Source: an uncultured Pirellulales bacterium
Lineage (GTDB): Bacteria; Planctomycetota; Planctomycetia; Pirellulales; S012-138
DNA: 64,000 nt
Assembly: GCA_964445985.1 (NCBI GenBank)
Contig: CAYUMU010000001.1
Location: 71,596 to 135,595 of the forward strand
Direction of reading: 5' to 3'
Shown: piece after piece, positions 47,196 to 57,098 of the stretch
Layout of the letters: each line of letters opens with the position of its first letter
Numbering within the stretch: the stretch's first letter is position 1
Position numbers and translations under genes: made by a program
Notes under the pieces: model-generated
Database searches by the model: none
Told to the model about the DNA's origin: nothing
Seen by the model: the letters and a program-made list of their open reading frames with translations, nothing else

Positions 47196-48632
47196 ATGGT
47201 AGATGGCCGCCCTCAAGTGGCCGCCGTGTCCGCACGGCTTTCGGCGATGATGTTCCTGCAGTTTTTCATCTGGGGGGCCTGGTACGTTACCCCATATCTT
47301 TGGTTGGGGAAGATTGGCTTTTTCTCTGCTGATATTGGTTGGACATACTCGGTAGGCCCAATCGCGGGCATGATCACGCCATTCATCTTGGGCATGGTCG
47401 CCGATCGATTTTTCGCCACGGAGCGGATTCTCGGTGTGTTGCACTTACTCGGTTGTGGGTGCATGTTCCTGGCCGCTTGGTTGATGCAGCAACCATTTCC
47501 CGAGCCTAGCACGATTAACCTCGTCTTTTTCTTGTACATGCTCACGTACTTTCCGACGTTGGCTCTGACCAATAGTCTGGCGCTGCACAACATGACGAAT
47601 CCGGAGAAGCAATTTCCGCTGATTCGGGTGTTTGGAACGCTGGGCTGGATCGCCGCGGGCTGGATCATTAGCGCATTCGCGTGGGACGCTGCTTTGCAAA
47701 TGTTCTATGTGGCCGCGGGCGCGGCTGCCGTGATGGGCATCTATAGCTTCACGTTGCCGCACACGCCGCCCCCCTCCAAAGGCCAGACATTTTCGGCCAG
47801 GGAGGCACTGGGCATCGACGCATTGGTTTTGCTGAAGCGTCCCTCTTTCGCCGTATTCATGCTCTCGTCGTTTCTCATCTGCATTCCCTTGGCCTTTTAT
47901 TATCAGCTCACCAGCCGCTTTGTGGGGCAAGCGGGCTTTAGCGATGTTGCCCGCACGATGAGTTATGGGCAGATCTCCGAGGTCTTCTTCATGTTGGCCA
48001 TGCCGCTGTTTTTTGCCCGGCTCGGCGTGAAGATGATGCTGCTAATCGGCATGCTCGCCTGGGTGCTGCGTTACACCTTGTTTGCCTTGGGGGCCGACGA
48101 CAGCGTGGCCTGGATGATTATCGGCGGCATCGTGCTGCACGGCATCTGCTACGACTTCTTCTTCGTTACCGGCCAGATATACACCGACAAGGTCGCGCCG
48201 CCGAAGATTCGCGGCCAGGCCCAAGGCATGTTGGTACTGTTTACCCTCGGTTTAGGCATGTTTATCGGCGCTCAAATTTGCGGCCGCATTGAAGCCATGT
48301 TCACCACGGACGAGGCGAAAGCCTATAGCCAACAGGCGATTGAACTGGGGGCCGAGTTCAAACAACTACGCAGTGAACTGCCTGCTTTAGTCGGCGCAAG
48401 TGCCGAAGCAGCAACGGAGCGGATGGGGGAGTTGTTAACTCAAATCAATGAACTGCAGGGCAAAGCTTTTAACATCAAGCCGATGTGGAAAGAAATCTGG
48501 GCCATCCCGGCCGTGGGCGCGGGTGTGATTTTAGTTCTGTTCATGGTGCTCTTCCGCGACGATACGCGCAGCAAAAACGGCGTGAATCAAGCCGACGTGG
48601 CGGCCGCGGCCAATCGGGAAGAGATGATCTAG
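47196..48632 (+). CDS. MFS transporter, nucleoside:H+ symporter (NupG/XapB)-like
   Basis: N-terminus RLSAMMFLQFFIWGAWYVT resembles the NHS family. About 12 TM helices, with a hydrophilic coiled-coil-like insertion before the last TM. The start is uncertain (47136 or 47196). Confidence 0.75.
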   Translation: MVDGRPQVAAVSARLSAMMFLQFFIWGAWYVTPYLWLGKIGFFSADIGWTYSVGPIAGMITPFILGMVADRFFATERILGVLHLLGCGCMFLAAWLMQQPFPEPSTINLVFFLYMLTYFPTLALTNSLALHNMTNPEKQFPLIRVFGTLGWIAAGWIISAFAWDAALQMFYVAAGAAAVMGIYSFTLPHTPPPSKGQTFSAREALGIDALVLLKRPSFAVFMLSSFLICIPLAFYYQLTSRFVGQAGFSDVARTMSYGQISEVFFMLAMPLFFARLGVKMMLLIGMLAWVLRYTLFALGADDSVAWMIIGGIVLHGICYDFFFVTGQIYTDKVAPPKIRGQAQGMLVLFTLGLGMFIGAQICGRIEAMFTTDEAKAYSQQAIELGAEFKQLRSELPALVGASAEAATERMGELLTQINELQGKAFNIKPMWKEIWAIPAVGAGVILVLFMVLFRDDTRSKNGVNQADVAAAANREEMI

Positions 48633-48777
48633 CGGCGGGCCGAAGAATTCTTTCCTACGTCGCTTTTCATCGCAGTTGGTATGACCGAGCCAACACTGAT
48701 GGTGCCCATTGATGCCATGGCCGTTGGTTTAGGCTATGGCAACCGGCGCATTGACGATCGCTGGCGCCAAGAAACTT

Positions 48778-49302
48778 TTAAGGGCAGGCTAGTTTCACGT
48801 CGTCACGCAACGTGAGCGCCGGCCTCTTCAAACGCGTTTCGCCCGCGATTTCGCGGAGCGGTTTGCCGAAAGCTGGGTGCAGGTATTCGGGGTCGAGTTC
48901 CGCCAGCGGGACCGCCACGAAGGGGCGTTGGGGAATGTCGGGATCGGGAATCCGCCGATGGTCCAGGCTCAGCGTGGCCTGATCGAACAGCGAGAGGTCG
49001 ATGTCGATGGTTCGCGGGGCGTTCTTGTAGCCCGGATGGCGAACGCGGCCCAGCGCGGTTTCCACCGCCACGATCACCTGGCGATGGAACTCGGCCGCGT
49101 CCAGTTGGGTTTCAACCAACACGGCCGCGTTGAGATAGTTCGACTGGTCCGACCCGTCGAACGGCGCCGACTCCCACACCTGGCTCACGGCCACCACGCG
49201 ACAATGCTTGGCCAATTCTCTCACAGCGGCCGGCAGATTCTGCTCAGGTTCGATGTTCGAACCGAGCGAAAGATAAGCGCGGTGGAGGGGCGAAGATTCC
49301 AT
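48778..49302 (-). CDS. folK: 2-amino-4-hydroxy-6-hydroxymethyldihydropteridine diphosphokinase (HPPK)
   Basis: AYLSLGSNIEPEQNL…WESAPF…GRVRHPGYKNAPRTIDIDL…HRRIPDPD…RPFVAVPLAEL matches the typical HPPK pattern. Confidence 0.9.
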   Translation of the reverse strand: MESSPLHRAYLSLGSNIEPEQNLPAAVRELAKHCRVVAVSQVWESAPFDGSDQSNYLNAAVLVETQLDAAEFHRQVIVAVETALGRVRHPGYKNAPRTIDIDLSLFDQATLSLDHRRIPDPDIPQRPFVAVPLAELDPEYLHPAFGKPLREIAGETRLKRPALTLRDDVKLACP

Positions 49303-49371
49303 GGCCAGTTGTGTTTTCAGGAGGAGTGTTTTCTGCTAAAGACGATGGGCCGCCGCCCTGATCGCGGCAGC

Positions 49372-50304
49372 TCAATATAGCGAGATCGTGGTTCCATCGG
49401 CCAATTTGCCCGCGGGCTGGGCTCGCCGTTGTTCGCGCCCCAGCCATAGCCGTTCTTCGGGAGCCAGGCTGCGCAGGTAGAACCAGCGCCGCCGCGGCGG
49501 CGGCACAATATTTGGCGCCTGCGGCGAGGCAATCCAGGGCGATAGGATTTCGCCCCACGCCTGTCGCCAATGCTTGAGACGAATGTGGATCGGATCCCAA
49601 CCATACCAGTTGGTTCGCTGCTCGACCGTGGGAATGTCGCGGCTGGCGCAGAGGGCTATTACCCGTTCGTTCAAGTCGTCGGCCCGCTGGCGAACCTGCG
49701 TCAGCGAGAAAGGGCAACTGGGAAACATGACGGCCCGGAAGACGCGAAACCGCGTTTCGGAGATCGCCAGACTGTTCTTGACCGGCAGTTGCGTGACCAC
49801 AATCCGCGCCTCGTGCGCCAACAGCCGATCGAGGGTTTCTTCCACCCAGCCGGCAATCGTGGGAATCGAGGATCCATAGAGCAGGTCGTTGCCAATATCG
49901 GTAACCAGAGCCGCCAGCGGGGCGGGCGGGCGATTCTCCAGGGCCTTCCAGATTCCGCAGTGAAGAATACTGGAGAGCACGCGTCCGAACACGTTGGTGG
50001 TTACTCCGAACGACCGTCCATGTCCCAGGGCCAACATGGCATCCAGCGGGTGAGGCCGTGCGGCAGGGTGGGCCGTGGGAACCGTAGCGTTGGTTTCTGC
50101 CTCGGCGCCGGCCCAGGCTTGGTCGCCCCGAACGGCCTTCTCCGGTGCGTTCCCCCAGTAAGCTTGCGCCGTGGCCAGCACGGTGGAGACCCCGCGCGTG
50201 AGATTGCTGGCGCCCAGCAACACCACGCGCCGCCTGGCTGCCGGCTGAATGTGTCCGCTGCCGCTTCCAAAAGCAGGCGGCGGCGAAGGCTCACGCTCCC
50301 TCAT
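49372..50304 (-). CDS. hypothetical protein, SGNH/GDSL-hydrolase-like
   Basis: ATG at 50304 overlaps the M50 protease stop (ATGA coupling). Loosely resembles SGNH blocks I and III (VVLLGASNLTRG and TDIGNDLLYG). Family assignment is tentative. Confidence 0.5.
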   Translation of the reverse strand: MREREPSPPPAFGSGSGHIQPAARRRVVLLGASNLTRGVSTVLATAQAYWGNAPEKAVRGDQAWAGAEAETNATVPTAHPAARPHPLDAMLALGHGRSFGVTTNVFGRVLSSILHCGIWKALENRPPAPLAALVTDIGNDLLYGSSIPTIAGWVEETLDRLLAHEARIVVTQLPVKNSLAISETRFRVFRAVMFPSCPFSLTQVRQRADDLNERVIALCASRDIPTVEQRTNWYGWDPIHIRLKHWRQAWGEILSPWIASPQAPNIVPPPRRRWFYLRSLAPEERLWLGREQRRAQPAGKLADGTTISLY

Positions 50305-51158
50305 CGCTTCCACCAGTCGTCGTCATCGGCTTCGTGGCCCCGGCCCGATCCACCGCCGTAGCCGCCCCCAAAACCGCCATGGGCGCGAATCATTTGCAGG
50401 GCTCGATAGCTATTAAATGCCAACAAACCAAACATCACGCCCATGAGTAGGCCCGAGCTGTAATCTTTGAGCCGAAAGAAGTGGAACAGGCCCAGTGCCG
50501 CGACCACCCCCCCCGTGATGGCCGAAAGTTGCAACGAACGTTCGATGCCCTGTCGAGGGCTCCGCGTGCTGAGCAACTCGCGGGCAACCTGTCCGCCGTC
50601 GAGCGGATACACGGGAAGCAAATTGACCAGTCCCCACAAAATGTTGATGAACAGCATGTTGCCGATCAACGCCTTGACGCGCGGCGGCAAATTTTGCATG
50701 TCCCAACCGACCCCGGTAACAGGGTTGGAAAGATTGAAATGAAAGCCAATGGGGCTGATGAACAGCACCAGAATCAGCAGCGCGGCCAGCAAGAAGCCGG
50801 CCACCGGACCTGCGAGCGCGATCAAGATCATGGCCTTGGGTCCGCGTTCTTGTTCTTGATAGCCCGACAGATAGGAGTCCTGGTCGTCGATGGTCGCCAG
50901 CCCTCCGAGCTGGTACAGAATAATTCGCGATCGCCCTCCAAAATGGCGAATAGCGAAGGCGTGCCCCAGTTCGTGGACCAGAATGGATACAAACACCGTC
51001 ACGATGAAGATCAACACCAGGGCAGGGTCGGAATTGCCGCGCTGCCCGGCCAGCCCCAGCAGCAGGCCCGTCAGCCAAAACCAAGGGCACACCCGCACGG
51101 GAAAACCGGCCACGTTAAAATGCAAATCGAAGCGAGTTCGAGGTGGTTCTGCGAACAT
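50301..51158 (-). CDS. site-2 protease family (M50) membrane metalloprotease
   Basis: HELGHAF (HExxH) within a TM helix, second motif NLLPVYPLDGG, multi-TM, and a Gly-rich C-terminal tail. The start is uncertain (ATG at 51158 preferred over the ORF-track 51350). Confidence 0.8.
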   Translation of the reverse strand: MFAEPPRTRFDLHFNVAGFPVRVCPWFWLTGLLLGLAGQRGNSDPALVLIFIVTVFVSILVHELGHAFAIRHFGGRSRIILYQLGGLATIDDQDSYLSGYQEQERGPKAMILIALAGPVAGFLLAALLILVLFISPIGFHFNLSNPVTGVGWDMQNLPPRVKALIGNMLFINILWGLVNLLPVYPLDGGQVARELLSTRSPRQGIERSLQLSAITGGVVAALGLFHFFRLKDYSSGLLMGVMFGLLAFNSYRALQMIRAHGGFGGGYGGGSGRGHEADDDDWWKR

Positions 51159-51581
51159 CAAGGCGTAAGTTCCTACATGGTCGGCGCGAGTTGGGTAAAG
51201 CTTCTCGCCACGGCGGCTGGCTCTGTCGGCATTGTTTTCGAGGAATTCTTCCGGCGGAGAGATCCAAACTCCCCCCACCATCCTCTGCCGGCAGCGAAGC
51301 CGCGCTCCCTTCAGCTTATCCGGTGCCGACGAAGTGCGCAAGTGACGCAACCTTCGCCCCGCGGGAATAGCTGGAGCAAACCCTATTCCGCGACAGCGGC
51401 CCCTGCCGTTAGAATTGGGGCTATTATCGCAAGATGACGAAACCGGCTGACCGAATCTGGCTGGCGAAAGCGGCTGGCCGGCTCGGTCCCATCGTCAGCG
51501 CCGTGATTGGTCTGCGTCGAATATTGGCACCTTCCCGTTTGTCAGGCAGAATGGCGGAACCTGACCTGCCAGTCCTTTTGA

Positions 51582-52133
51582 ATGGAGCATAGCGGCAGCG
51601 TGAAAGTTCTCCTGAGCCAAGACGATTTGGTCGGCGGCATCGATCGCCTCGCGGCCGAAATCACCGAACGGTATCGCGACCTGCCGCTCACCGTGGTGGG
51701 CGTGCTGACCGGCAGCATTGTGCTGCTGGCCGACTTGATTCGCGTGATTGATATGCCCATGCGGCTGGGCGTGCTACAAGCCCGCAGCTATCGCGGCACG
51801 ACCACGCACCCCGGCAAACTGGAAGTCAACCAAGACCTGGTGCCCGACGTGCGAAACCGTCACGTGCTGCTGGTGGACGACATTCTCGACACCGGCCGCA
51901 CGCTATCGCAATTGGTGATCCAAATGCACGACATGGGGGCGATGTCGGTTCGCACGGCGGTGCTGCTTCGCAAGCGCGGACGGCAACAAGCCCCGCTCGA
52001 GCCCGATTTTGTGGGATTTGAAATTCCCAACGAATTCGTGGTGGGCTACGGCTTGGATTACAACGATTACTTCCGTAATTTGCCGTACGTGGGCGCTCTC
52101 GAGTCTGCCGACCTGGAGGCTGCCAAGACGTGA
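51582..52133 (+). CDS. hpt: hypoxanthine phosphoribosyltransferase
   Basis: PRPP-binding motif VLLVDDILDTGRTLS. C-terminal EIPNEFVVGYGLDYNDYFRNLPYV is typical of HPRT. Confidence 0.92.
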   Translation: MEHSGSVKVLLSQDDLVGGIDRLAAEITERYRDLPLTVVGVLTGSIVLLADLIRVIDMPMRLGVLQARSYRGTTTHPGKLEVNQDLVPDVRNRHVLLVDDILDTGRTLSQLVIQMHDMGAMSVRTAVLLRKRGRQQAPLEPDFVGFEIPNEFVVGYGLDYNDYFRNLPYVGALESADLEAAKT

Positions 52134-53338
52134 ACGCCTTGCGGCTCGTGCTGATTGCCCGCCGCTACTGGCCGCTCGTGGGAAGCGATGCCGCCTTTAC
52201 GGCTGACTTTGCGGCCAACCTGAGGACAGCCGGTGATGAACCACTGGTGCTCACGGCACTTTGGCATGGCAGTTGGCCGGCGCATGTCAGCCATCAAGAA
52301 ACCAAGGTGGCGCGGCTCCCCTACTCCACTCGGGGTCGCTGGAGTGCCTATCGCTACAGCCGGGCGCTCTCGACCTGGTTGAAACGCAACCAGAACCGCT
52401 ACGACGCCGTGTATGTGATCGGCCTGCGAGAAGAAGCTGAAGCCGCCATGTTGGCCCTGCACGGCGCCAGCCGCCCCGTGGTCTGCCGGCCTATTGCCGC
52501 CGGCCTGGGGGGCGATTGTCACTGGCAGTTGGAACACCCCTCGGGCGCGCGAATCAAGGCCGCCTGCTGCCGAGCCGCGGCGTTCGTGGCAGGCGATGCG
52601 GCGCAAGAGGCAGAGCTAATCGCCGCCGGCTATCCGCGGGATCGAATCCACCACATACCCCTGGGAGTGCCCGAGTTCCCCGCGGCCAGCATGTGGAACC
52701 GCGATCAATGCCGCGCGGCGCTCGTGGATTGCAGCCGGGCTTTCTACTTGCCCCAACGGGCGCCCCTGGCCATTTACGTCGGCGACTTGCTGCCCGAATT
52801 GGGCCTGGAAACGCTGCTCGAAGCCTGGCCCCGCGTGTTGGTGAAGCACCCCCTCGCCTGCCTGTGGTTGATTGGCGATGGTCCTCAGCGGGTTCCGTTG
52901 CATCAACTTTGCGAACGCCTGAGGTTGCATCAGCGGGTGCTCATGCCGGGCGCGTTCGACCAGGTAACCGACTTGTTGGCGTCGGCCGATCTGTTTGTGT
53001 CTCCCCAGGCTGCCGCTGGCGTGTCAGAATCGTTGCTCCGCGCCATGGCCGTAGGGCTGCCGGTCGTGGCGGCGCAACCGCCGGGCGGAAGTAAAAACCC
53101 CCTGGTTGTCGATCGGCAAACCGGTCGGCTGGCGGCGGGCGATGACGCGAATTCGATCGCCGATGCAATCTTGGCGGTGCTCGATGACCCAATTTCTGCC
53201 GGACGGATGGGCGCCGCCGCCCGCCAAAAGGTGCAAACCGAATACTCCCTGACGCGAAGCACCGAACTTCATCAACAGTTGTTTCGCCGGCTGTGCGATC
53301 CCAACTTTCAACTTCGACCGCAGCTTCTATCACCGTGA
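52130..53338 (+). CDS. glycosyltransferase family 4 (GT-B, GT1/GT4 clan)
   Basis: GTGA overlap with the hpt stop. C-terminal nucleotide-sugar-binding pattern: LIGDGPQ…LLASADLFVSPQ…SESLLRAMAVGLPVVA. Confidence 0.85.
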   Translation: MNALRLVLIARRYWPLVGSDAAFTADFAANLRTAGDEPLVLTALWHGSWPAHVSHQETKVARLPYSTRGRWSAYRYSRALSTWLKRNQNRYDAVYVIGLREEAEAAMLALHGASRPVVCRPIAAGLGGDCHWQLEHPSGARIKAACCRAAAFVAGDAAQEAELIAAGYPRDRIHHIPLGVPEFPAASMWNRDQCRAALVDCSRAFYLPQRAPLAIYVGDLLPELGLETLLEAWPRVLVKHPLACLWLIGDGPQRVPLHQLCERLRLHQRVLMPGAFDQVTDLLASADLFVSPQAAAGVSESLLRAMAVGLPVVAAQPPGGSKNPLVVDRQTGRLAAGDDANSIADAILAVLDDPISAGRMGAAARQKVQTEYSLTRSTELHQQLFRRLCDPNFQLRPQLLSP

Positions 53339-54483
53339 CGCTCCGCATCCTGCATTTGTTAGACCACCTGCGACCTTCCGCCGCTCGCGCCCAAACAGGG
53401 CAACTCGGTGCCGGGCTGCGAGACGATTGCCACATGCACGTGGCATCGCTCGAACGTATTGCCGGGCGACGTGAGTGCGCGCAAGGCGCGGAAGATCTGC
53501 GCCAACTGGGGGTAACCGTGGACGCGCTGAGCCAGGCGCGCGGCTTCGACCCCCTGGCCCTGTTCCGGCTGCGCAAACTGGTGCAACGCTTCAAGCCAGA
53601 TATCGTGCATGCCTGGCAACCCTGGGGGCATGCTCTGCTCGGATTGCCAGGCAAATCGCTGGGCCCCGCGGTGGCTACCGTGGACTCCTGGCGCAGCGAT
53701 TTGGGCGGCTGGGAGCAACGCTTCCAAAGGGCCGGCCTGCTCCGGGCCGATCGCGTGGTGGTTCCCCTGGTCGAGATGGCGACCAGGTTTTCGCCCGTGC
53801 CGCTGACAGCAGAACAAACTTACATCATCAACCCCGGCGTCGATCGCGAGAGTTTGCCCAGCGAACCGCGTGTAACAAAGAAAGACTTGCTCGCCACCGT
53901 GGGCTTGTCACCCAATACGCTCGTCGTGGCCGCCGCGGGGCGAATGACGCGCGGCCGCGGCCTCCGCGAGTGCATCTGGAGTGCCGACATCCTCGGCAAT
54001 CTCTTCCCCAATTTCTGCTTGCTCATCTTTGGGGAAGGCCCAGAGCGGCGACGGCTGGCCGCCTTCAACCGCCCGCTCCAAGGCTGGGCCTATACTCGTT
54101 TTGTCGGCTGGCACGACCTGCGAGACTGGTGGCCCCATATCGAGTTGTTCTGGCATTCCGACTACGAGCCCGGCCTCAGCCAGGTCTTGCTGGAAGCCAT
54201 GGCCGCCGGCAAACCGGTGGTGGCCAGCGACACCCCCAGCCACCGCCGCTTTCTTTCCGACAACGAGAACGCCAGCCTGGCCGCGGTGGGCGATCGAACG
54301 TCGATGGCCAAATGCGGGCGGCGTGTCTTGCTGGACGAAGAACTCAAGCATCGGATCGCCGCGGCCGGCCAACAAACCGTGGAAGACAGATTTCCTCTCT
54401 CCAAATTTTTGATCAGCTACCGCGCGCTCTATACAGGCTTGGCAAGCTCACCAGCGACTCAACAGGCCAGGGCCACGGCGTAA
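53335..54483 (+). CDS. glycosyltransferase family 4
   Basis: GTG at 53335 overlaps the upstream stop (GTGA) and gives (M)TLRILHLLDHL… C-terminal E-x7-E-like pattern: GLSQVLLEAMAAGKPVVASD. Confidence 0.8.
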   Translation: MTLRILHLLDHLRPSAARAQTGQLGAGLRDDCHMHVASLERIAGRRECAQGAEDLRQLGVTVDALSQARGFDPLALFRLRKLVQRFKPDIVHAWQPWGHALLGLPGKSLGPAVATVDSWRSDLGGWEQRFQRAGLLRADRVVVPLVEMATRFSPVPLTAEQTYIINPGVDRESLPSEPRVTKKDLLATVGLSPNTLVVAAAGRMTRGRGLRECIWSADILGNLFPNFCLLIFGEGPERRRLAAFNRPLQGWAYTRFVGWHDLRDWWPHIELFWHSDYEPGLSQVLLEAMAAGKPVVASDTPSHRRFLSDNENASLAAVGDRTSMAKCGRRVLLDEELKHRIAAAGQQTVEDRFPLSKFLISYRALYTGLASSPATQQARATA

Positions 54484-54619
54484 AACAGCGGGCAGTTGTT
54501 GCGGGATCTCCCGTTCATGTTCGGGCAGCCGCGCCGCCGGTTGCTGGTAGTTCAAATAACAAATGCCCGCTGGTTCCGCTGACGTCCCGTGGTAAGATTC
54601 TAGGGAGAGGAGAACAACA

Positions 54620-54838
54620 ATGTCACATGCTACCGAACCTGCAAAAACCGCCGCCAAGGCGATTCTTGACGCGCTACCCGACGACGCGTCCTGGGAAGAC
54701 GTGCAATACCATCTCTACGTCCGGCAACAAATTGACGCCGGCTTAGAAGACGAAGCAGCCGGGCGCCTGATTAACACCGACGAGATGCGACGACGTTTAG
54801 CTGAACACAAGGCTCAACGCGGGAAGGCAAACAGTTGA
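54620..54838 (+). CDS. small antitoxin-like protein (72 aa)
   Basis: ILDALPDDASWEDVQYHLYVRQQIDAGLEDEAAGRLINTDEMRRRL resembles small antitoxin partners of RelE/ParE-type toxins (recognised from memory, no search). It is followed by an overlapping toxin-like remnant. Confidence 0.5.
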   Translation: MSHATEPAKTAAKAILDALPDDASWEDVQYHLYVRQQIDAGLEDEAAGRLINTDEMRRRLAEHKAQRGKANS

Positions 54839-54906
54839 AAGTTCGCTGGACGGAACGAGCTTCCAAGGATGCACTGGAGCAGGCGGTCGGGGCTGGGACG
54901 CCCTGA
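54835..54906 (+). pseudogene. truncated RelE/ParE-like toxin remnant (23 codons)
   Basis: A TTG overlaps the antitoxin-like stop (TTGA) and reads (M)KVRWTERASKDALEQAVGAGTP*. The first ~17 aa match the usual ParE/RelE N-terminus (K-V-x-W-T-x-x-A-x-x-D-L-x-x), and then the frame stops. Confidence 0.3.
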
Positions 54907-55054
54907 GGTTACGAAGGGCGTGGTCGAGGCCACATGCCGGGGCGGCCTTTTTTGTCATGGCTTTGGCCAAACTCCGCTGCTGCCACGCCCTTCGCTGAGG
55001 CTCAGGGGACGTGCCACCAGCCCGATCCATCCGAGCAACACTTGGCAAAACCCC

Positions 55055-56083
55055 TTAGTCGCGCGCCACGCCGCGGCTGCGCAGCTCCGCCACCACGGCC
55101 TGCACAATGCGATCCACCTGGGGACCAGTAGCTTCCGCGGCCCGCACGGGGCAGCCTCCCACCGGCTCGTTGGCAAAGCCTTCCTCGGCCAACAGGCATT
55201 GTAGCGTATCGCTCACCACGGTCAGGTCGACGTGCTGGCTGGGCGCCAGCGGCTGCCGGCCCACGCCCGTTTCAAACCCGCGCAGCCGCAGGGCCGCGCG
55301 AAAGCCTTCGGGGAAATCGGCCGTATACAACATGGCGTCGAACAGTTTGAGCAGCTTGTACTGCAGCACCCGGGCTTCGTCCAAACGCAGCGCCAACGTC
55401 AAGTCGTACAGCTTCCGCGTGATCTCGGGCACAATCCCGCTGGTGGCATTCGTGCCGCCGTCGCAGCCAATGATCAGCATCGGCACCAGGGCCGCGTCCC
55501 AACCGGTCAAGAAGCAGAAATCGGGACGGGTCGGCCGCACCGCCTGAATCATCCGCATCATGTGCGGCAGATCGCCCGAACTATCTTTGATCGCCACCAC
55601 GCGCGGACATTCCTCGGCCAGCCGCTGCACCGTGGCCACATCGATCGGCGAGGCAAACATGGGAATGTTGTACAGCGTGACGTCAATCGGCGAATTATCG
55701 GCAATTTCCTTAAAGTACGCATAAACGGCCGGCGGGCTCAGCTTGTAGTAAAAGGGCGAAACAATCGCCACGGCGCGAGCTCCCATCTCGTGGTAAGCCT
55801 CGCAGGCCCGAATGGTTTCGCGGGTATTGGCCTCCGCGGCCCCCGCCAAAACCGGCACGCGGTTCGCCGCCTGGTCGGTCACGATCTCGATGATTCGCCG
55901 CCGTTCTTCGGCCGTGAACCGCGTGAATTCGCCCGTCGATCCGTTCGGATATAGACCATGCACGCCCTGTTCGATAAGCCAATCGGTATACCGCCGCAGC
56001 TCTTCTTCGTGAATTTCGCCGCGGCGATCGAGCGGCACCAGGTTCGGCGTGAAAATACCGCGCAGTTCAAATGTGTCAGGCAT
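55055..56083 (-). CDS. dihydrodipicolinate synthase / N-acetylneuraminate lyase family (DapA-like class I aldolase)
   Basis: [17 protein letters not shown] and the Schiff-base lysine context [10 protein letters not shown]. Start chosen at the ATG at 56083 ([14 protein letters not shown]…). Confidence 0.88.
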   Translation of the reverse strand: MPDTFELRGIFTPNLVPLDRRGEIHEEELRRYTDWLIEQGVHGLYPNGSTGEFTRFTAEERRRIIEIVTDQAANRVPVLAGAAEANTRETIRACEAYHEMGARAVAIVSPFYYKLSPPAVYAYFKEIADNSPIDVTLYNIPMFASPIDVATVQRLAEECPRVVAIKDSSGDLPHMMRMIQAVRPTRPDFCFLTGWDAALVPMLIIGCDGGTNATSGIVPEITRKLYDLTLALRLDEARVLQYKLLKLFDAMLYTADFPEGFRAALRLRGFETGVGRQPLAPSQHVDLTVVSDTLQCLLAEEGFANEPVGGCPVRAAEATGPQVDRIVQAVVAELRSRGVARD

Positions 56084-56426
56084 AACGACCGGGGAATGCG
56101 GGGTGCTGGAAGGTGTTTGGCGGGTGAGGTCGGCGAAATCCGTGGGCAACCGCGGGCGGGGCGGAAGCAAAAATCCTGGCGGAATTTCGCGCGCATACCC
56201 GGCGCCGCATGTCCATCATAGCTTGCAGTTGGCCTGCCGCGAGATACCTTTTTCGCCAGGAACTTTCTCCCAGACGTTACAACCCCAGCCCTCGCTGCGC
56301 CTGCCGCAACGTCGTAGAATTGCAGCGAATGGCATACGTCTCCCCGCCCCCCCCCAAGGCCTCCCCGCGGTCTCGCCAGGCAAAGTCGAATCACCGCGGG
56401 CGACCTCCCACCGATGTGGAAACCCC

Positions 56427-57098
56427 ATGGAATTGTTGATCGTGGAAGATGAGCAGCGGCTTGGCAAAGCGCTGGAACGCGGGCTGCAAGAAGCGGGCCA
56501 CATTTGCACCTGGTCTCGCAACGGCTCGCAGGGCTTGGAATTGGCGCAAACCCAGCAGTTCGACGCCGTGATTCTCGACCTGATGTTGCCCGACCTCGAC
56601 GGCATGGCCATCTTGCAATCGTTGCGGAAAGACGGCATCCAAACCCCCGTGCTGGTGCTCACCGCCTTGGGCTCGGTGGATGATCGAGTACGTGGGCTCG
56701 AGCACGGGGCCGATGATTACCTGGTCAAGCCGTTTGCTTTTCCAGAACTGCTGGCCCGCCTGCAGGCTCTCTGCCGGCGATCCTCGGTGCGGCCGGCCCT
56801 CTGCCATCGCGCTGGCCCTCTGGAACTCAACCTCAGCACCCGCAAGGTCACTCGCGGGAACGCGGAGATCGATCTCTCCCCCACCGAGTTCAGCATTTTG
56901 GAATTCCTGATGCGGCACACCGGCCACGTGGTGACGCGCAAAATGCTCAACGAACACCTGTGGGGAGAAGATTGGCAGGGCATCACCAACGTGATCGACG
57001 TGCACATCAATCGGCTGCGGCGGAAGATCGACAAAGGACAGGACGAATCGCTGATTCACACCGTGCGAGGCCGAGGCTATGTTCTTCGCGCGGGTTAA
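56427..57098 (+). CDS. OmpR-family response regulator (CusR/CopR-like)
   Basis: ATG at 56427 gives MELLIVEDEQRLGKALERGL…DAVILDLMLPDLDG…LTALGSVDDRVRGLEHGADDYLVKPFAFPELLARLQALCRR, followed by a winged-helix C-terminus (…IHTVRGRGYVLR). The long ORF-track start (56049) is upstream read-through. Confidence 0.93.
   Translation: MELLIVEDEQRLGKALERGLQEAGHICTWSRNGSQGLELAQTQQFDAVILDLMLPDLDGMAILQSLRKDGIQTPVLVLTALGSVDDRVRGLEHGADDYLVKPFAFPELLARLQALCRRSSVRPALCHRAGPLELNLSTRKVTRGNAEIDLSPTEFSILEFLMRHTGHVVTRKMLNEHLWGEDWQGITNVIDVHINRLRRKIDKGQDESLIHTVRGRGYVLRAG

Noticed and set aside
53475-54746. 423-aa plus-strand ORF out of frame with the second glycosyltransferase
   Set aside because: It is extremely Arg/Pro/Gly-rich and has no motifs. 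The 53335-54483 frame carries the GT4 EAMAAGKPVV signature and is coupled to the upstream gene.
56049-56426. N-terminal 126 codons of the 349-aa ORF containing the response regulator
   Set aside because: This upstream part overlaps the divergent DapA-family gene start and is Arg/Pro/Gly-rich. The canonical receiver domain begins exactly at the ATG at 56427 (MELLIVEDE).
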